From the IMG/VR virus record IMGVR_UViG_3300021256_000038: DNA of 37,101 bases; one strand, 5' to 3'. This DNA comes from a virus. The notes under the pieces were generated by a model. That model saw nothing but the letters and a program-made list of their open reading frames with translations. It did no database searches and had not been told where the DNA came from. The translations under genes and the position numbers were made by a program. Positions 22,626-31,979 of the stretch are shown here, piece by piece. Position 1 is the stretch's first letter. Each line of letters begins with the position of its first letter.

Positions 22626-23055
22626 ATTCTTTCAATAATTTTCTTAATTCGATAATGTTTTTCTGAATGTCCTCAGCATCACCTTTTGTGATTGTAGTAT
22701 TTACATTATTTAATTTGCTTGATACAAAAGCAGGCAATTCAAAACCTAATTTATCAATATTTTCAACAATAGATAACAATTCACATAACGTAACATACAA
22801 AGGCACAATATAATATACTTCCTGTGGTGCACTAACACAATAACACATAACTGCACATACGAAAATTAATGAGATTTCTCCAATCTTTTTTGCCAATCCA
22901 TCACGCATCTTGGAACTTCTAATATTATGGTTTTTCCATGCCTGCGAAAGACCTGTGATAATATCTGTTCCCATCATCACAAAAGGCACAATGAATACAA
23001 TGTACGAATTAGCAAAGTGGACTTCTCTTAATAAAAATAATAAATCTTTAATCAT
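22594..23055 (-). CDS. Holin (phage_holin_4/toxin-secretion holin type).
   Basis: 153 aa with several TM helices and the motif TDIITGLSQAWKNHNIRSSKMRDGLAKKIGE. It lies immediately upstream of the endolysin. Confidence 0.75.
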   Translation of the reverse strand: MIKDLLFLLREVHFANSYIVFIVPFVMMGTDIITGLSQAWKNHNIRSSKMRDGLAKKIGEISLIFVCAVMCYCVSAPQEVYYIVPLYVTLCELLSIVENIDKLGFELPAFVSSKLNNVNTTITKGDAEDIQKNIIELRKLLKEFDEKEDDDNE

Positions 23056-23114
23056 TGATTTTCTCCTATTCTAAAAAGATATGGTTTTGGTTTCATATTA
23101 ATCTTCATTTCTTT

Positions 23115-23480
23115 TTATCCTATTTTTGCAATCGATAACGTAAAGTTACATATTTTACCAACTGCATTCTGTTCACCACTTCCAATAGTTCCATAAATAT
23201 CAGCATTGGTTTCAACTTTACAGATGCCTGTAAGCGTACCCTGTAAATTATAGTAGCTATTAGCAACTTTTGTTTCTCCTGCTATTTCATCTGGACCACA
23301 ATAAATTCGTGGATAATATGTACATTGACTATAAGGAATTGAATATCTTAATTTAACGATATAAATTCCTTTCTCAACATTTATTTTAGAAGAGTCTGCA
23401 AATTTCCATTGCTGGATTATTGTAGCACTGCTACTTTCTTCAATATAATTTTCAATTTCTGCTCCGTTAAAATCTTTCAT
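23115..23480 (-). CDS. Hypothetical protein of the fibre/lysis junction.
   Basis: 121-aa ORF. A TAATG overlap couples it to the XkdX-like gene. Confidence 0.6.
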   Translation of the reverse strand: MKDFNGAEIENYIEESSSATIIQQWKFADSSKINVEKGIYIVKLRYSIPYSQCTYYPRIYCGPDEIAGETKVANSYYNLQGTLTGICKVETNADIYGTIGSGEQNAVGKICNFTLSIAKIG

Positions 23481-23632
23481 TACTCAACACCTGCCAATCT
23501 GTAATCTTCACCTGTGATTTGTTTAAATTCTTCTTCTGTAATCCATTTCTTAATTACTGCATTGCGGACTCTGACAATATTCCATAAGCCTTCATCATAA
23601 AACTCTTTGACCAGTTTAAACTTCTTGCTCAT
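23480..23632 (-). CDS. xkdX: XkdX-family small protein (50 aa), below the track threshold.
   Basis: Hand translation gives MSKKFKLVKEFYDEGLWNIVRVRNAVIKKWITEEEFKQITGEDYRLAGVE. The W..VRNAV.K.WIT.EEF..ITGE pattern is the XkdX signature as I recall it. Confidence 0.7.
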   Translation of the reverse strand: MSKKFKLVKEFYDEGLWNIVRVRNAVIKKWITEEEFKQITGEDYRLAGVE

Positions 23633-23780
23633 CTTCTTCACCTTCACTTTCAGTGTCAAGTTTGACCTCAGACATCATTGCGATGTATTCAATGTTTGCA
23701 CGGTTTATTTCAGCCTGTGAGATAGCATTCTCTTGCTCTTTTTTGTCTTTTGGCGACATTTTATTTCTAATTAACTTCAT
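23616..23780 (-). CDS. Small hypothetical protein (54 aa) with an acidic tail.
   Basis: Hand translation gives MKLIRNKMSPKDKKEQENAISQAEINRANIEYIAMMSEVKLDTESEGEEDEQEV. GAGGAATCAAC precedes the ATG. Confidence 0.5.
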   Translation of the reverse strand: MKLIRNKMSPKDKKEQENAISQAEINRANIEYIAMMSEVKLDTESEGEEDEQEV

Positions 23781-23831
23781 GTTGATTCCTCTACTTTCTC
23801 CAAATATTCTTTCGTTCTATTAATCAGTTTA

Positions 23832-23864
23832 TATCGGTTCTCCACCGATACGTGGTTCGGTGGA
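23832..23864 (-). other. Two mutually exclusive GC-rich hairpins just 3' of the fibre gene stop.
   Basis: In plus-strand coordinates, hairpin A pairs tccaccga (23841-23848) with tcggtgga (23857-23864). Hairpin B pairs tatcggt (23832-23838) with accgata (23844-23850). Neither is followed by a U-tract. Confidence 0.6.
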
Positions 23865-23874
23865 TTACCTAAGA

Positions 23875-26025
23875 TTACCCGATGACGCAAGCGGGAGTGC
23901 AACGAAACGCAATCGCAGCGGAGCCGTTGCCGACATTGCCAGACGTATTCGCAATCCACACGTAGTAAGCATTGTTGAGACCCGCTGAACGAAGACGCAC
24001 ATATTGTGCAGAGCTATGATTCTCAATCGCATATGTGATGTTCGGAGCATAATTAGTATAGTCAGCCAATGAGCTGTCTAATCCTAACTGTTCTTTCATC
24101 AATGGATAATATGTTCCTTCTCCAGCTTTTTGAGGTGTGTAGTATAATTCTTCTTTTGAAGGCAAGAATACCTTGTCATATGTATATGACTCAACACCAC
24201 CATAAGTTGGATTATTTTTCCATGTTTTGACTTTAACGGTTTGCATTGAATTATATAATTCATCACTGATTCCACATAAGAATCCACTTACTGTGTTTAA
24301 CTGGTCTGGAGCGATATCCCATTCATCTTGTGCAATCCACCATGCTCCCTTTCCTTTACGGGAATTTAGATACTGTCTATACGCTGAAATTTCCCAGTCA
24401 TTGTTACCATATGCAGTTTCTTGCATAGAGTTTAAATTACCATCTCTTTCATTAAGCTTCAATGTTCCTAATGATGTACCTTCTGTACCTTCAGTAACAG
24501 TGATAGCATTTTCTAAAATATCAATACCATTCTCGGCATACACATATACTTTCCAATTTGACGGAGAAACATCAGGCATTGAATAGAATCCTGCTAGTTT
24601 ACCGCCTTCTGGTACGTCATTAGTAATAGTAAACTGATATGATTTATCTTTTTTAGCATTAGTACCCCAATCAGCTCCTAGTGTGATGTAATAAGTTCCA
24701 GCACTTAATCCGTCTCTACAGGCGTAGAAAGCTCTATTGTGAGAGAACTGAATTGGTCTTAGTGTCGCCCAATGTGTCTTTAAGAACATGCCTTTGATAA
24801 TGCCTTCTCTTGTTTCCACATCTTCAAATTTAGCAATATCCCAAGGATTCGAATATTCCTTATTATTGTTATCAACATCAATCCAGTTTTCCTCAATCTG
24901 GTCTCCGTAGTTAAGGAACTGACTAGCTTTACCAGAACGAACCAATTCTGCTAATTCAGTCCACGAATTATCTTTTTTAAGTGTTTTGTATAGTAATTCA
25001 ACGGTAGTATTGATGTCCTCAATAGCGTTTGCATTGTTTGTGACTCTACTGTTAACCCAATTGAATCTATCGTCAAAGCCGTTGAGTCTATCGCCAAAGC
25101 CTTCGAGTTCATAGTGAAAATTCCCCATATTACTCATACATTCAGAGTACTTGTCCATGACATCATCAATATTCTTTTGAAGATTGGTGTCATTCCTCAT
25201 ACGGTCGTTAACTTCAGTAGTCATAAAACTTCGAACATCGCTCTCAAGCTTTTCTCTCGCCGTTCTCTCATCATCAATGAGTTCTTCCAATCTTGTAATT
25301 GCATTCGTATCGGGTGTGACTCCTCCATCGCCATTTTGTGTTGGGGGAAATACATAACTTCCTGCATCATCTAGCCCATTGACTAGGCTTTCATAATCGG
25401 TTCTAGTTTGCACGTCGGCTTCATCTTCATATGATAGCTGTTTAAACACGTCCAGACCCTTTTTTGCTACATTCACAAGTCTATGTGCTATGGCTCCGAT
25501 TGTATTAATTTGTCCACTTGCGAGCTGGAAATCCTGTCCGATGGCATAAGCCTGTTCCACATCAGTGATTGACAATCCATCAATCTTCACATAGTAAAGT
25601 GCCATCTGATTTGTAGATGCACTTCTATCTACTGTGTCACCCTCAACAAGTTCTGGAACGGTAGCTTCTTCCTGCTGTGTCTCCGAACCTTTTACAACAA
25701 CCAAATTGGCTTCTTCAATATTTGTTTCATCATCTTTTGTATACTCGATTGCGATAACATCAATACGTCTATATCCTGTATGACCATTATCGATATTCAA
25801 ATCAACATAATTTCCTTTGTCCATCTTGATATAGCGCCCCTGCATTAATGCTTCACCATCATAAACTCTAATAATGTTGTTAGAAATAACATCACAAGAA
25901 AATGCGTTGTTCCTGTCCAAAACGACCGAATCGCCACCATAAATAGCCTGCATCAATGATGCATCATCTGTTGCCTTGACATGTGGCTCGCCAGCATGAC
26001 CTGTAACCAAATGTAAATTTGCCAT
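23875..26025 (-). CDS. Tail fibre / receptor-binding protein with a GC-rich C-terminal tip.
   Basis: 716 aa, in the position after Dit and the Tal-like gene. It has a central coiled-coil-like segment. The tip ...FLPSKEELYY...YVRLRSAGLNNAYYVWIANTSGNVGNGSAAIAFRCTPACVIG resembles lectin-fold receptor-binding tips. Confidence 0.75.
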   Translation of the reverse strand: MANLHLVTGHAGEPHVKATDDASLMQAIYGGDSVVLDRNNAFSCDVISNNIIRVYDGEALMQGRYIKMDKGNYVDLNIDNGHTGYRRIDVIAIEYTKDDETNIEEANLVVVKGSETQQEEATVPELVEGDTVDRSASTNQMALYYVKIDGLSITDVEQAYAIGQDFQLASGQINTIGAIAHRLVNVAKKGLDVFKQLSYEDEADVQTRTDYESLVNGLDDAGSYVFPPTQNGDGGVTPDTNAITRLEELIDDERTAREKLESDVRSFMTTEVNDRMRNDTNLQKNIDDVMDKYSECMSNMGNFHYELEGFGDRLNGFDDRFNWVNSRVTNNANAIEDINTTVELLYKTLKKDNSWTELAELVRSGKASQFLNYGDQIEENWIDVDNNNKEYSNPWDIAKFEDVETREGIIKGMFLKTHWATLRPIQFSHNRAFYACRDGLSAGTYYITLGADWGTNAKKDKSYQFTITNDVPEGGKLAGFYSMPDVSPSNWKVYVYAENGIDILENAITVTEGTEGTSLGTLKLNERDGNLNSMQETAYGNNDWEISAYRQYLNSRKGKGAWWIAQDEWDIAPDQLNTVSGFLCGISDELYNSMQTVKVKTWKNNPTYGGVESYTYDKVFLPSKEELYYTPQKAGEGTYYPLMKEQLGLDSSLADYTNYAPNITYAIENHSSAQYVRLRSAGLNNAYYVWIANTSGNVGNGSAAIAFRCTPACVIG

Positions 26026-27926
26026 TAATTTGTTCCTCCTACTTCATAATCAATGTTAATCTTTCCGTTAACGATTTTGATTATTTTCTTGGTGATAGGT
26101 TGCCAAACGCTAATGCCTGTAACATTCTCTTTCGCTCCTACAATATCACCAATATCATAATCATAGCTATCATCTAACTTTATATCTATTTTATCACAAT
26201 TATAATATTCCTGCATTTTCTTTAAGCCGTTATCAACCAGAACTGCATAATGGTCCTCACACAGCTCAAAAGAATTGTCAAACTGGTAATTAGGTGGTAC
26301 TTCTACGCTTACATCTTCATAATATGTATTTGATGCCCAATTAGGTGCAGTTTCTCGCTGTCCTGTTCTTGTGTAAAACTGATTTCTAATCCACTTAGGA
26401 GCCCTATAATATGTATATTTAGTGTAGTAATGCTTTGCTTTCCATGATGGTACACTGCCATCAACCTTTTGCCCTTTTGATTTAACTTTCTGCCAAAAAT
26501 AATTGCTTAATTTTGGTACAGGCTTCTTTTTCTTTGGGTGCTTCTTATTGTACGCCTTGATTTTTTCAATCTTTTTCTTATAGCTGTTAATGTTATTTTC
26601 TACCGTGCTTTCAGCATATGTTTTACCTTTGTATTTGTAAATCTGTGGCATCTGGTTCGACTCATACTGTGATTTCTTGTTTTTGTGGTAATAAGAAGTA
26701 AAATTCGTTCCCCAATCAGTAGGCTTCATGGTCTGCACTCTATACACATCATAGGAGATTCCCTCAACATTTCTCCACTGCCAGCTGGTACCATCATTAT
26801 AATGATAAAAATAGTCTCCATAATTGGACCCCCAATTATTGGGCTGTCTCGATTGTATTGTATAAACATCTTCCATCTGTGCCCTTACACTTTGACCATC
26901 TGATGTGAAATACTTTGTATATCCTCTTTCCCAATTTGTAGGCTTGCTGGTCAATAATTGTAGCTGTGTTCCCTTATCGGTCTTATAAGCCGTGTATTTT
27001 TCGCTTTCTTCACCTGTTTCTTCATTGGTTTCTATCTCCATATAATAATAATTGCTGTAATTATATGACCAATCTTTAGGTTGCGATTCCAATTTTACAT
27101 AATTCTTTGTTATCTGTGCATTTGAATTGTCGTAAACCTCCGACACTTCATCAACACCAAACATTATCTTATTACTTTCATCTAAAATATAGTCACTATC
27201 TCTAACAGGTTCATCTGTATGTCTGTATGGCTGTACTCCACCATTTTCATCAGCAAAAAGGTGGATAACGTATCGTTCATTCAAATCACCCTGCCCCAAG
27301 CAAATCAGATGATTTACAGGGCGTGTATTTTTTTCTACGCTAAAACTCAACTGTGAGCTGTCCCATTCTTCATTAAGGGAATAATCAATAACATTCTCAA
27401 TAACAATCTTGACTTTGTACCCATCATACAGAAGTCGCATCTTTTGTGGATTGGAACCACTCAAAAGCATCTTCCTTAAACCTGTATAAACATCTGTATA
27501 ACGTTCAAACTGATAATTGATTTTAACTACATTATCAATATCATTATCTAATACTACTTCAAACAAATCATCAAGTCCAAGGTATTCAATGACTTCTTTA
27601 ACAGCCAAGCGTGAATCATCATTAACGACTGTATAATAATCATATCCAACTTCTGGCTGTATGATTTTATGTGCTAAAATTCCATGCCATGTACGTCCTT
27701 TGTATGTAACCTCTTTGGCATTCAAAGAGACATTTTTCTTGTCAATGATACCTCCATATTCAGTATTGGGGATATATACATACCATTGGTAATCCAATCT
27801 GTAATCATCATTTAATTGTACAGTCAATTCAAAGTCATTTTCATCACGTCCATAAGCCAAATCATAATCATATCTTGTGATTACACCTAATTCTTCACGA
27901 TGTTCATTTGCAAAAATTAAATCCAT
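26025..27926 (-). CDS. Tail-associated/baseplate structural protein (Tal-like, phage minor structural protein N-terminal type).
   Basis: 633 aa. The N-terminus is MDLIFANEHREELGVITRYDYDLAYGRDENDFELTV. It lies downstream of Dit and carries 5 copies of a P-x-(D/N)-W-x-x-N-(Y/F)-x-x-Y-(Y/F) motif. Confidence 0.65.
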   Translation of the reverse strand: MDLIFANEHREELGVITRYDYDLAYGRDENDFELTVQLNDDYRLDYQWYVYIPNTEYGGIIDKKNVSLNAKEVTYKGRTWHGILAHKIIQPEVGYDYYTVVNDDSRLAVKEVIEYLGLDDLFEVVLDNDIDNVVKINYQFERYTDVYTGLRKMLLSGSNPQKMRLLYDGYKVKIVIENVIDYSLNEEWDSSQLSFSVEKNTRPVNHLICLGQGDLNERYVIHLFADENGGVQPYRHTDEPVRDSDYILDESNKIMFGVDEVSEVYDNSNAQITKNYVKLESQPKDWSYNYSNYYYMEIETNEETGEESEKYTAYKTDKGTQLQLLTSKPTNWERGYTKYFTSDGQSVRAQMEDVYTIQSRQPNNWGSNYGDYFYHYNDGTSWQWRNVEGISYDVYRVQTMKPTDWGTNFTSYYHKNKKSQYESNQMPQIYKYKGKTYAESTVENNINSYKKKIEKIKAYNKKHPKKKKPVPKLSNYFWQKVKSKGQKVDGSVPSWKAKHYYTKYTYYRAPKWIRNQFYTRTGQRETAPNWASNTYYEDVSVEVPPNYQFDNSFELCEDHYAVLVDNGLKKMQEYYNCDKIDIKLDDSYDYDIGDIVGAKENVTGISVWQPITKKIIKIVNGKINIDYEVGGTN

Positions 27927-28741
27927 TTTGGTTCACTTCTTTCATCATAGATAATCACATCAAAATCTGTACAATTATCCCAATCGATGGCATTTTTGCC
28001 TTTTGGGATAGGCTCAAAGATATAATGGTCACGGTTTCTGTAATTGAATTTTGTTTCAACTTCACCATTTACCTTATGCAGTAATACTTTCTTATCTTTG
28101 GAATTGATTTCTAAATATTCGTCATACTCAATAGGACAATCTACTTCATAAACATTATTGCCGATTGTTATTCTAGGATTATCACAGATACCATAGATAT
28201 TTATCTTGAAATTTGCACCTCGTGATGTATCAACATTGATTGATGCAGATTCTGACTGCACATAGTCATACTGATAATTATAAGGATAATCCAATCCACT
28301 TAATTCACTCGAACCAGAAGAATTACTGATTGTCAAAAGCTCTTCCTTAATCCATTCGCTTGTATCACTGACAACTCCTACATTTAAAAGCAAAATCTTC
28401 TTGCTTTTGAAATACTTGCTTTTGTCTGACTTGTAGATAAAACAGTCAAGATAATAATCGCCTACATAAATCTTGCCATTATGATTGCTGTATACATCAT
28501 TATCAAAGATTTCATAAATACGGTTCTTTTTTGCATTTGCGATTTCTTCCGTTTCTCCATAAATAAGAATAGAAAACTGCTTCTGCGTAACTTTCTTGTT
28601 AAAACCTGTAATCTTCTCATTTTTGGTGTCATAGTTCCATTCGTAGTCCACCAAATCAGAAGTGGAAAGGTATATGTAGTCCTTTCCTGTTTCAATAGTA
28701 TCACCTGTTGATGAAACATATTTAAAATTGAATTTATTCAT
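27917..28741 (-). CDS. Distal tail protein (Dit, siphovirus tail component).
   Basis: 274 aa, immediately after the tape measure gene. The size and position are typical. Confidence 0.6.
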   Translation of the reverse strand: MNKFNFKYVSSTGDTIETGKDYIYLSTSDLVDYEWNYDTKNEKITGFNKKVTQKQFSILIYGETEEIANAKKNRIYEIFDNDVYSNHNGKIYVGDYYLDCFIYKSDKSKYFKSKKILLLNVGVVSDTSEWIKEELLTISNSSGSSELSGLDYPYNYQYDYVQSESASINVDTSRGANFKINIYGICDNPRITIGNNVYEVDCPIEYDEYLEINSKDKKVLLHKVNGEVETKFNYRNRDHYIFEPIPKGKNAIDWDNCTDFDVIIYDERSEPKWI

Positions 28742-28756
28742 ACATATACCACTCCC

Positions 28757-30787
28757 TTAAACTCGTCTTACGACTCTCGCAAACTCTCTGTTATCAACTT
28801 CAATCTTCAATTCTTTTACAATGCCTAGCACCATATTTCTAACCAAGATAGTAAATCTGTCATAATCAAAATTATTGCCATGATTCTCCACTACATCTCT
28901 AATATCACGCATCAAATTATTTCTACCATACATGATTTCGTCTCCAGCTTCGCCAGCTCCAAACAATGTAGCACCACTGAACATATAAGGGCTGTTCATC
29001 GCCTTTTTATACCATTTTATGCTGAATTTAGGCAATGAACCTTTCCCCAATAATCCGAACGGTGGTTTACCACCAGATACCGAAATATGAGGTAATTTCA
29101 ATGACGGCAATGACCAATGGAAATTAAAGGCACTCTTGATTTTGCCTACAACACCACTGATTACACCCCACGCAGCCTTAAATGGCTTAACGAGAATGTT
29201 ATTCAGTGCTCCAAAAACTGTTGAAGCAACAGTTTTAATAGCATTAAAGCCTGTTTTAATGCCACTAGATAACGCCTTTACAACAGTCAACACAACAGTC
29301 TTGATGCCGTTCCAAACAGGTCCAGCAACAGATTTAATAGCATTGAAAACCGTTGTTACAGTAGTCTTGATTGCATTAAAAACTGTTTTAACCACAGGTG
29401 CAATAGCCTTTACTACGGTTACAATAACAGTCTTGATGCCGTTCCAAACAGGTCCAGCAACAGCCTTGATTGCTTTAAAAATTGTAGTCACAGTTACTTT
29501 GATTCCATTGAAAACGGCTTTGACCACAGGTGCGATAGCATTTACTACAGTTGTAATAGCTGATTTGATGCCATTCCAGATAGAAATAACAGCACTTCTG
29601 AAACCTTTATTGGTATTCCATAGATACATGACAACACCAACTAATGCACCGATAATACCGATAATAACGGTTACAGGACCACCTAAAAGACCAATGACAG
29701 CACCAATACCACCAATAACGGTGCTAACACCAGAAAACGCAGTCATGATAGCTGTACCGATACCCATAATAGTACCGACCACGCCTGTAATGATAGGCAA
29801 TACAACACCAACTGCAACAGCGATACCACCAATAGCACTAGCAATAATGCTAAAAATTGTAGAATGCTGTGAAATAAAATTAAAGATTCCCTCAATAACA
29901 GGCTTTACTGCATTAATAACTCCCATGACGGTAGAGCTTAATGTATTGAACGCACTAGAAATTGTAGGTCCCACAGCTTGGCTTATTTTATCAACAGCAG
30001 GCAATACATTATTGGTAATAAATTCCATCACCTTTGCACCTAACTGATACGCATTGGCGATGGCTGGCTGTAATTTAGCTCCAATCTGTTCCTTTAAATC
30101 ACCGATTGTGTTCTTTGCCTGTTGGATTTTACCAGCATCTGTCTTTGCAAATGCTTCATTCATGTTACCAACATTTTTTGTGATAATCTGGGCTAATGTA
30201 GATGCTCTCTGTTGTTCTGTACCTGTCTTTAAGAGCTTTTCTTCATGCGCATCAAACGTGATACCTACACGTTTTAAGGCACTTGTCTGCCCCTGTAAGA
30301 CTTTTCCGAACATATTGCCATAATTGACCATATCACCTGTTGTGACGTTTACACCTTTCTGCTGTACAGCTAGGTTATTCAATGCTGGCATCAATGTTTT
30401 AACTGATTTCTCGCTTTTTAAGAATGTAGCAACCTGTTGAGCACCTGCCAACTGCACTTCATCACCAACAACACCAATCTTCTGTAATTGACTCGCATAG
30501 TCCTTTACAGACTGAATACCCTTATCAGTGGCACCCATTCTTTGTTTCATGACAACTTCTAATTTCTTTTCCTGTTCTGCCTGTACGCCATAAGCATCTA
30601 GACATTCCTTGCCAAAAGAAACTATTTTAGCAACAGAAAATGCAACTGCAATAACAGAACCGATTTTTTTAAAAGAGTTAGCCATGCCACTGCTTGATGT
30701 TTCAGCATTGCTTTTTGCGGTGCTCAACCCATTATCAAATTCTCTCGTATTTAGCTTTAGAGAAGCCCACACATCAAAAGCATTCAT
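28757..30787 (-). CDS. Tape measure protein.
   Basis: 676 aa. It has a central hydrophobic, Gly-rich TM-like block and 44-aa/11-aa periodic repeats such as AGPVWNGIKTV..TVVKA. It follows the chaperone pair. Confidence 0.9.
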   Translation of the reverse strand: MNAFDVWASLKLNTREFDNGLSTAKSNAETSSSGMANSFKKIGSVIAVAFSVAKIVSFGKECLDAYGVQAEQEKKLEVVMKQRMGATDKGIQSVKDYASQLQKIGVVGDEVQLAGAQQVATFLKSEKSVKTLMPALNNLAVQQKGVNVTTGDMVNYGNMFGKVLQGQTSALKRVGITFDAHEEKLLKTGTEQQRASTLAQIITKNVGNMNEAFAKTDAGKIQQAKNTIGDLKEQIGAKLQPAIANAYQLGAKVMEFITNNVLPAVDKISQAVGPTISSAFNTLSSTVMGVINAVKPVIEGIFNFISQHSTIFSIIASAIGGIAVAVGVVLPIITGVVGTIMGIGTAIMTAFSGVSTVIGGIGAVIGLLGGPVTVIIGIIGALVGVVMYLWNTNKGFRSAVISIWNGIKSAITTVVNAIAPVVKAVFNGIKVTVTTIFKAIKAVAGPVWNGIKTVIVTVVKAIAPVVKTVFNAIKTTVTTVFNAIKSVAGPVWNGIKTVVLTVVKALSSGIKTGFNAIKTVASTVFGALNNILVKPFKAAWGVISGVVGKIKSAFNFHWSLPSLKLPHISVSGGKPPFGLLGKGSLPKFSIKWYKKAMNSPYMFSGATLFGAGEAGDEIMYGRNNLMRDIRDVVENHGNNFDYDRFTILVRNMVLGIVKELKIEVDNREFARVVRRV
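29295..29558. repeat. Tandem 132-bp (44-aa) repeats inside the tape measure gene.
   Basis: acagtcttgatgccgttccaaacaggtccagcaacag occurs at 29295 and again at 29427. accacaggtgc(a/g)atagc recurs 132 bp apart. Confidence 0.8.
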
Positions 30788-31098
30788 TAAATCACCTCAA
30801 TTCCTGTCTTTTTGCTAAATTCTGCTACCAATTCTTCGGCTGTCTTTTCTTCTTTTGGCTCATCATTGATTAAATCATAATATCTCTTTACCTGTTTTAC
30901 GCTATCACCAACTAATGACCCTAAAATAGCCAATAGCATATCGCAAGTGTAAGAACGATATGCTATCTCTTTTTCATGCTCTGATACTTTATACAGAACA
31001 TGTCTTATGAATTGCTTAGGCTTTCCAAGTCGTGCAACGCTGTAATATTCTGCTCGATAGACTGCACAGGAGCGCTTGTCATTAGCGACTGATAAAAA
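30787..31098 (-). CDS. -1 frame extension of the tail assembly chaperone (gpGT-like frameshift product, C-terminal part).
   Basis: The -1 frame is open from about 31110 to TAA 30789-30787, which overlaps the TMP ATG as TAATG. Hand translation gives ...PKQFIRHVLYKVSEHEKEIAYRSYTCDMLLAILGSLVGDSVKQVKRYYDLINDEPKEEKTAEELVAEFSKKTGIEVI. Confidence 0.55.
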   Translation of the reverse strand, partial: FLSVANDKRSCAVYRAEYYSVARLGKPKQFIRHVLYKVSEHEKEIAYRSYTCDMLLAILGSLVGDSVKQVKRYYDLINDEPKEEKTAEELVAEFSKKTGIEVI

Positions 31099-31376
31099 TC
31101 TGTGAAGATTTCATCATTAGAAAGTGCTGTAATATCATCGAGAATTGATTTAAATGTATAATGATAATCTTTGACTTCTACACCATTTAATGTAGCTAAG
31201 ATATACACAATGTTTTCACGATGTTTCTTGATGATAAGACGGATAACACCAAATTTGCCTTTTTCATCATAGGTCTTTGACATTTCTTTATCTGACATGA
31301 TTTCATTGACAGGGTCCAAAATCCTATCTAACAAATCAAAACATTCATCGTCCTTATACTCTGATAATGGTTTCAT
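31005..31376 (-). CDS. Tail assembly chaperone (gpG-like).
   Basis: 123 aa and acidic, located between the major tail and tape measure genes. Confidence 0.7.
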   Translation of the reverse strand: MKPLSEYKDDECFDLLDRILDPVNEIMSDKEMSKTYDEKGKFGVIRLIIKKHRENIVYILATLNGVEVKDYHYTFKSILDDITALSNDEIFTDFYQSLMTSAPVQSIEQNITALHDLESLSNS

Positions 31377-31378
31377 GA

Positions 31379-31966
31379 CTATTCACCACCTGTCTTTAAA
31401 TAAACTTCATATGGTACTTCTTCTGGATTCTCGATTGAATAGTGTGCAGTATATTCATAATCAAATGTTGCTTTCTTCTTATCATCTGTTTTAACTTTAA
31501 AGCCACCTGTCGATAAGGCATTTTTAACCTTGATAGCTAAGAAACCTGCATCTTCTCCTGTATTCTTATCTGAATAATCACCAATCCACCACAGTGTTTT
31601 GAAATTATTGGCTGATAATTCTGTTTTAGGCACAATATGTGTTACACCAGCTTCAACAGTAGATGTTGTACTTACCATCAAACTGTTTAAAAGGTTAGCG
31701 TTAACAGTAACCATAGAGCCACTAATTGTTACTTCTTCATCATCAATTTGTTTTAATTCCATAGTGTTTTTAGGGCAGTTATCAATATCATCTCCTAAAT
31801 CGCTAAAATTAGGCTTTGCTTCAAATGTGTTTCCACCAGATGTTGCACCAACAATATCTTCATTACGGACGCTTCCTGTTGCTGGGTCAAATGCAGTACA
31901 TAGAACACCAGCATTCATGACTAACTCTTTAAATGTATCGGTAGGAATAACTGAATATTTCTTCAT
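31379..31966 (-). CDS. Major tail protein.
   Basis: 195 aa. Position and sequence character fit, for example VGATSGGNTFEAKPNFSDLGDDIDN. Confidence 0.75.
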   Translation of the reverse strand: MKKYSVIPTDTFKELVMNAGVLCTAFDPATGSVRNEDIVGATSGGNTFEAKPNFSDLGDDIDNCPKNTMELKQIDDEEVTISGSMVTVNANLLNSLMVSTTSTVEAGVTHIVPKTELSANNFKTLWWIGDYSDKNTGEDAGFLAIKVKNALSTGGFKVKTDDKKKATFDYEYTAHYSIENPEEVPYEVYLKTGGE

Positions 31967-31979
31967 TTAATTTGCTCCT

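Noticed and set aside
23777-24050. Two minus-strand ORFs (60 and 61 aa) overlapping the 3' end of the fibre gene in other frames.
   Set aside because: They exist only because the local GC-rich segment lacks stop codons. They have no RBS, and their Arg/Cys/Leu-rich translations are nonsensical.
23875-26025. A complete diversity-generating retroelement.
   Set aside because: No reverse transcriptase (YxDD) ORF, no Avd-like gene and no template repeat were found anywhere in the closed 36,974-bp genome. Only the VR-like target end is present, and that is reported as a finding.
29136-30047. 303-aa plus-strand ORF (and 30054-30323, 30609-30818) antisense to the tape measure gene.
   Set aside because: It lies entirely opposite a confidently called structural gene and has no RBS. 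Its T/P/A/I/L-rich, repetitive translation is the mirror image of the TMP repeats. I treat it as an artefact of codon bias and repeats.
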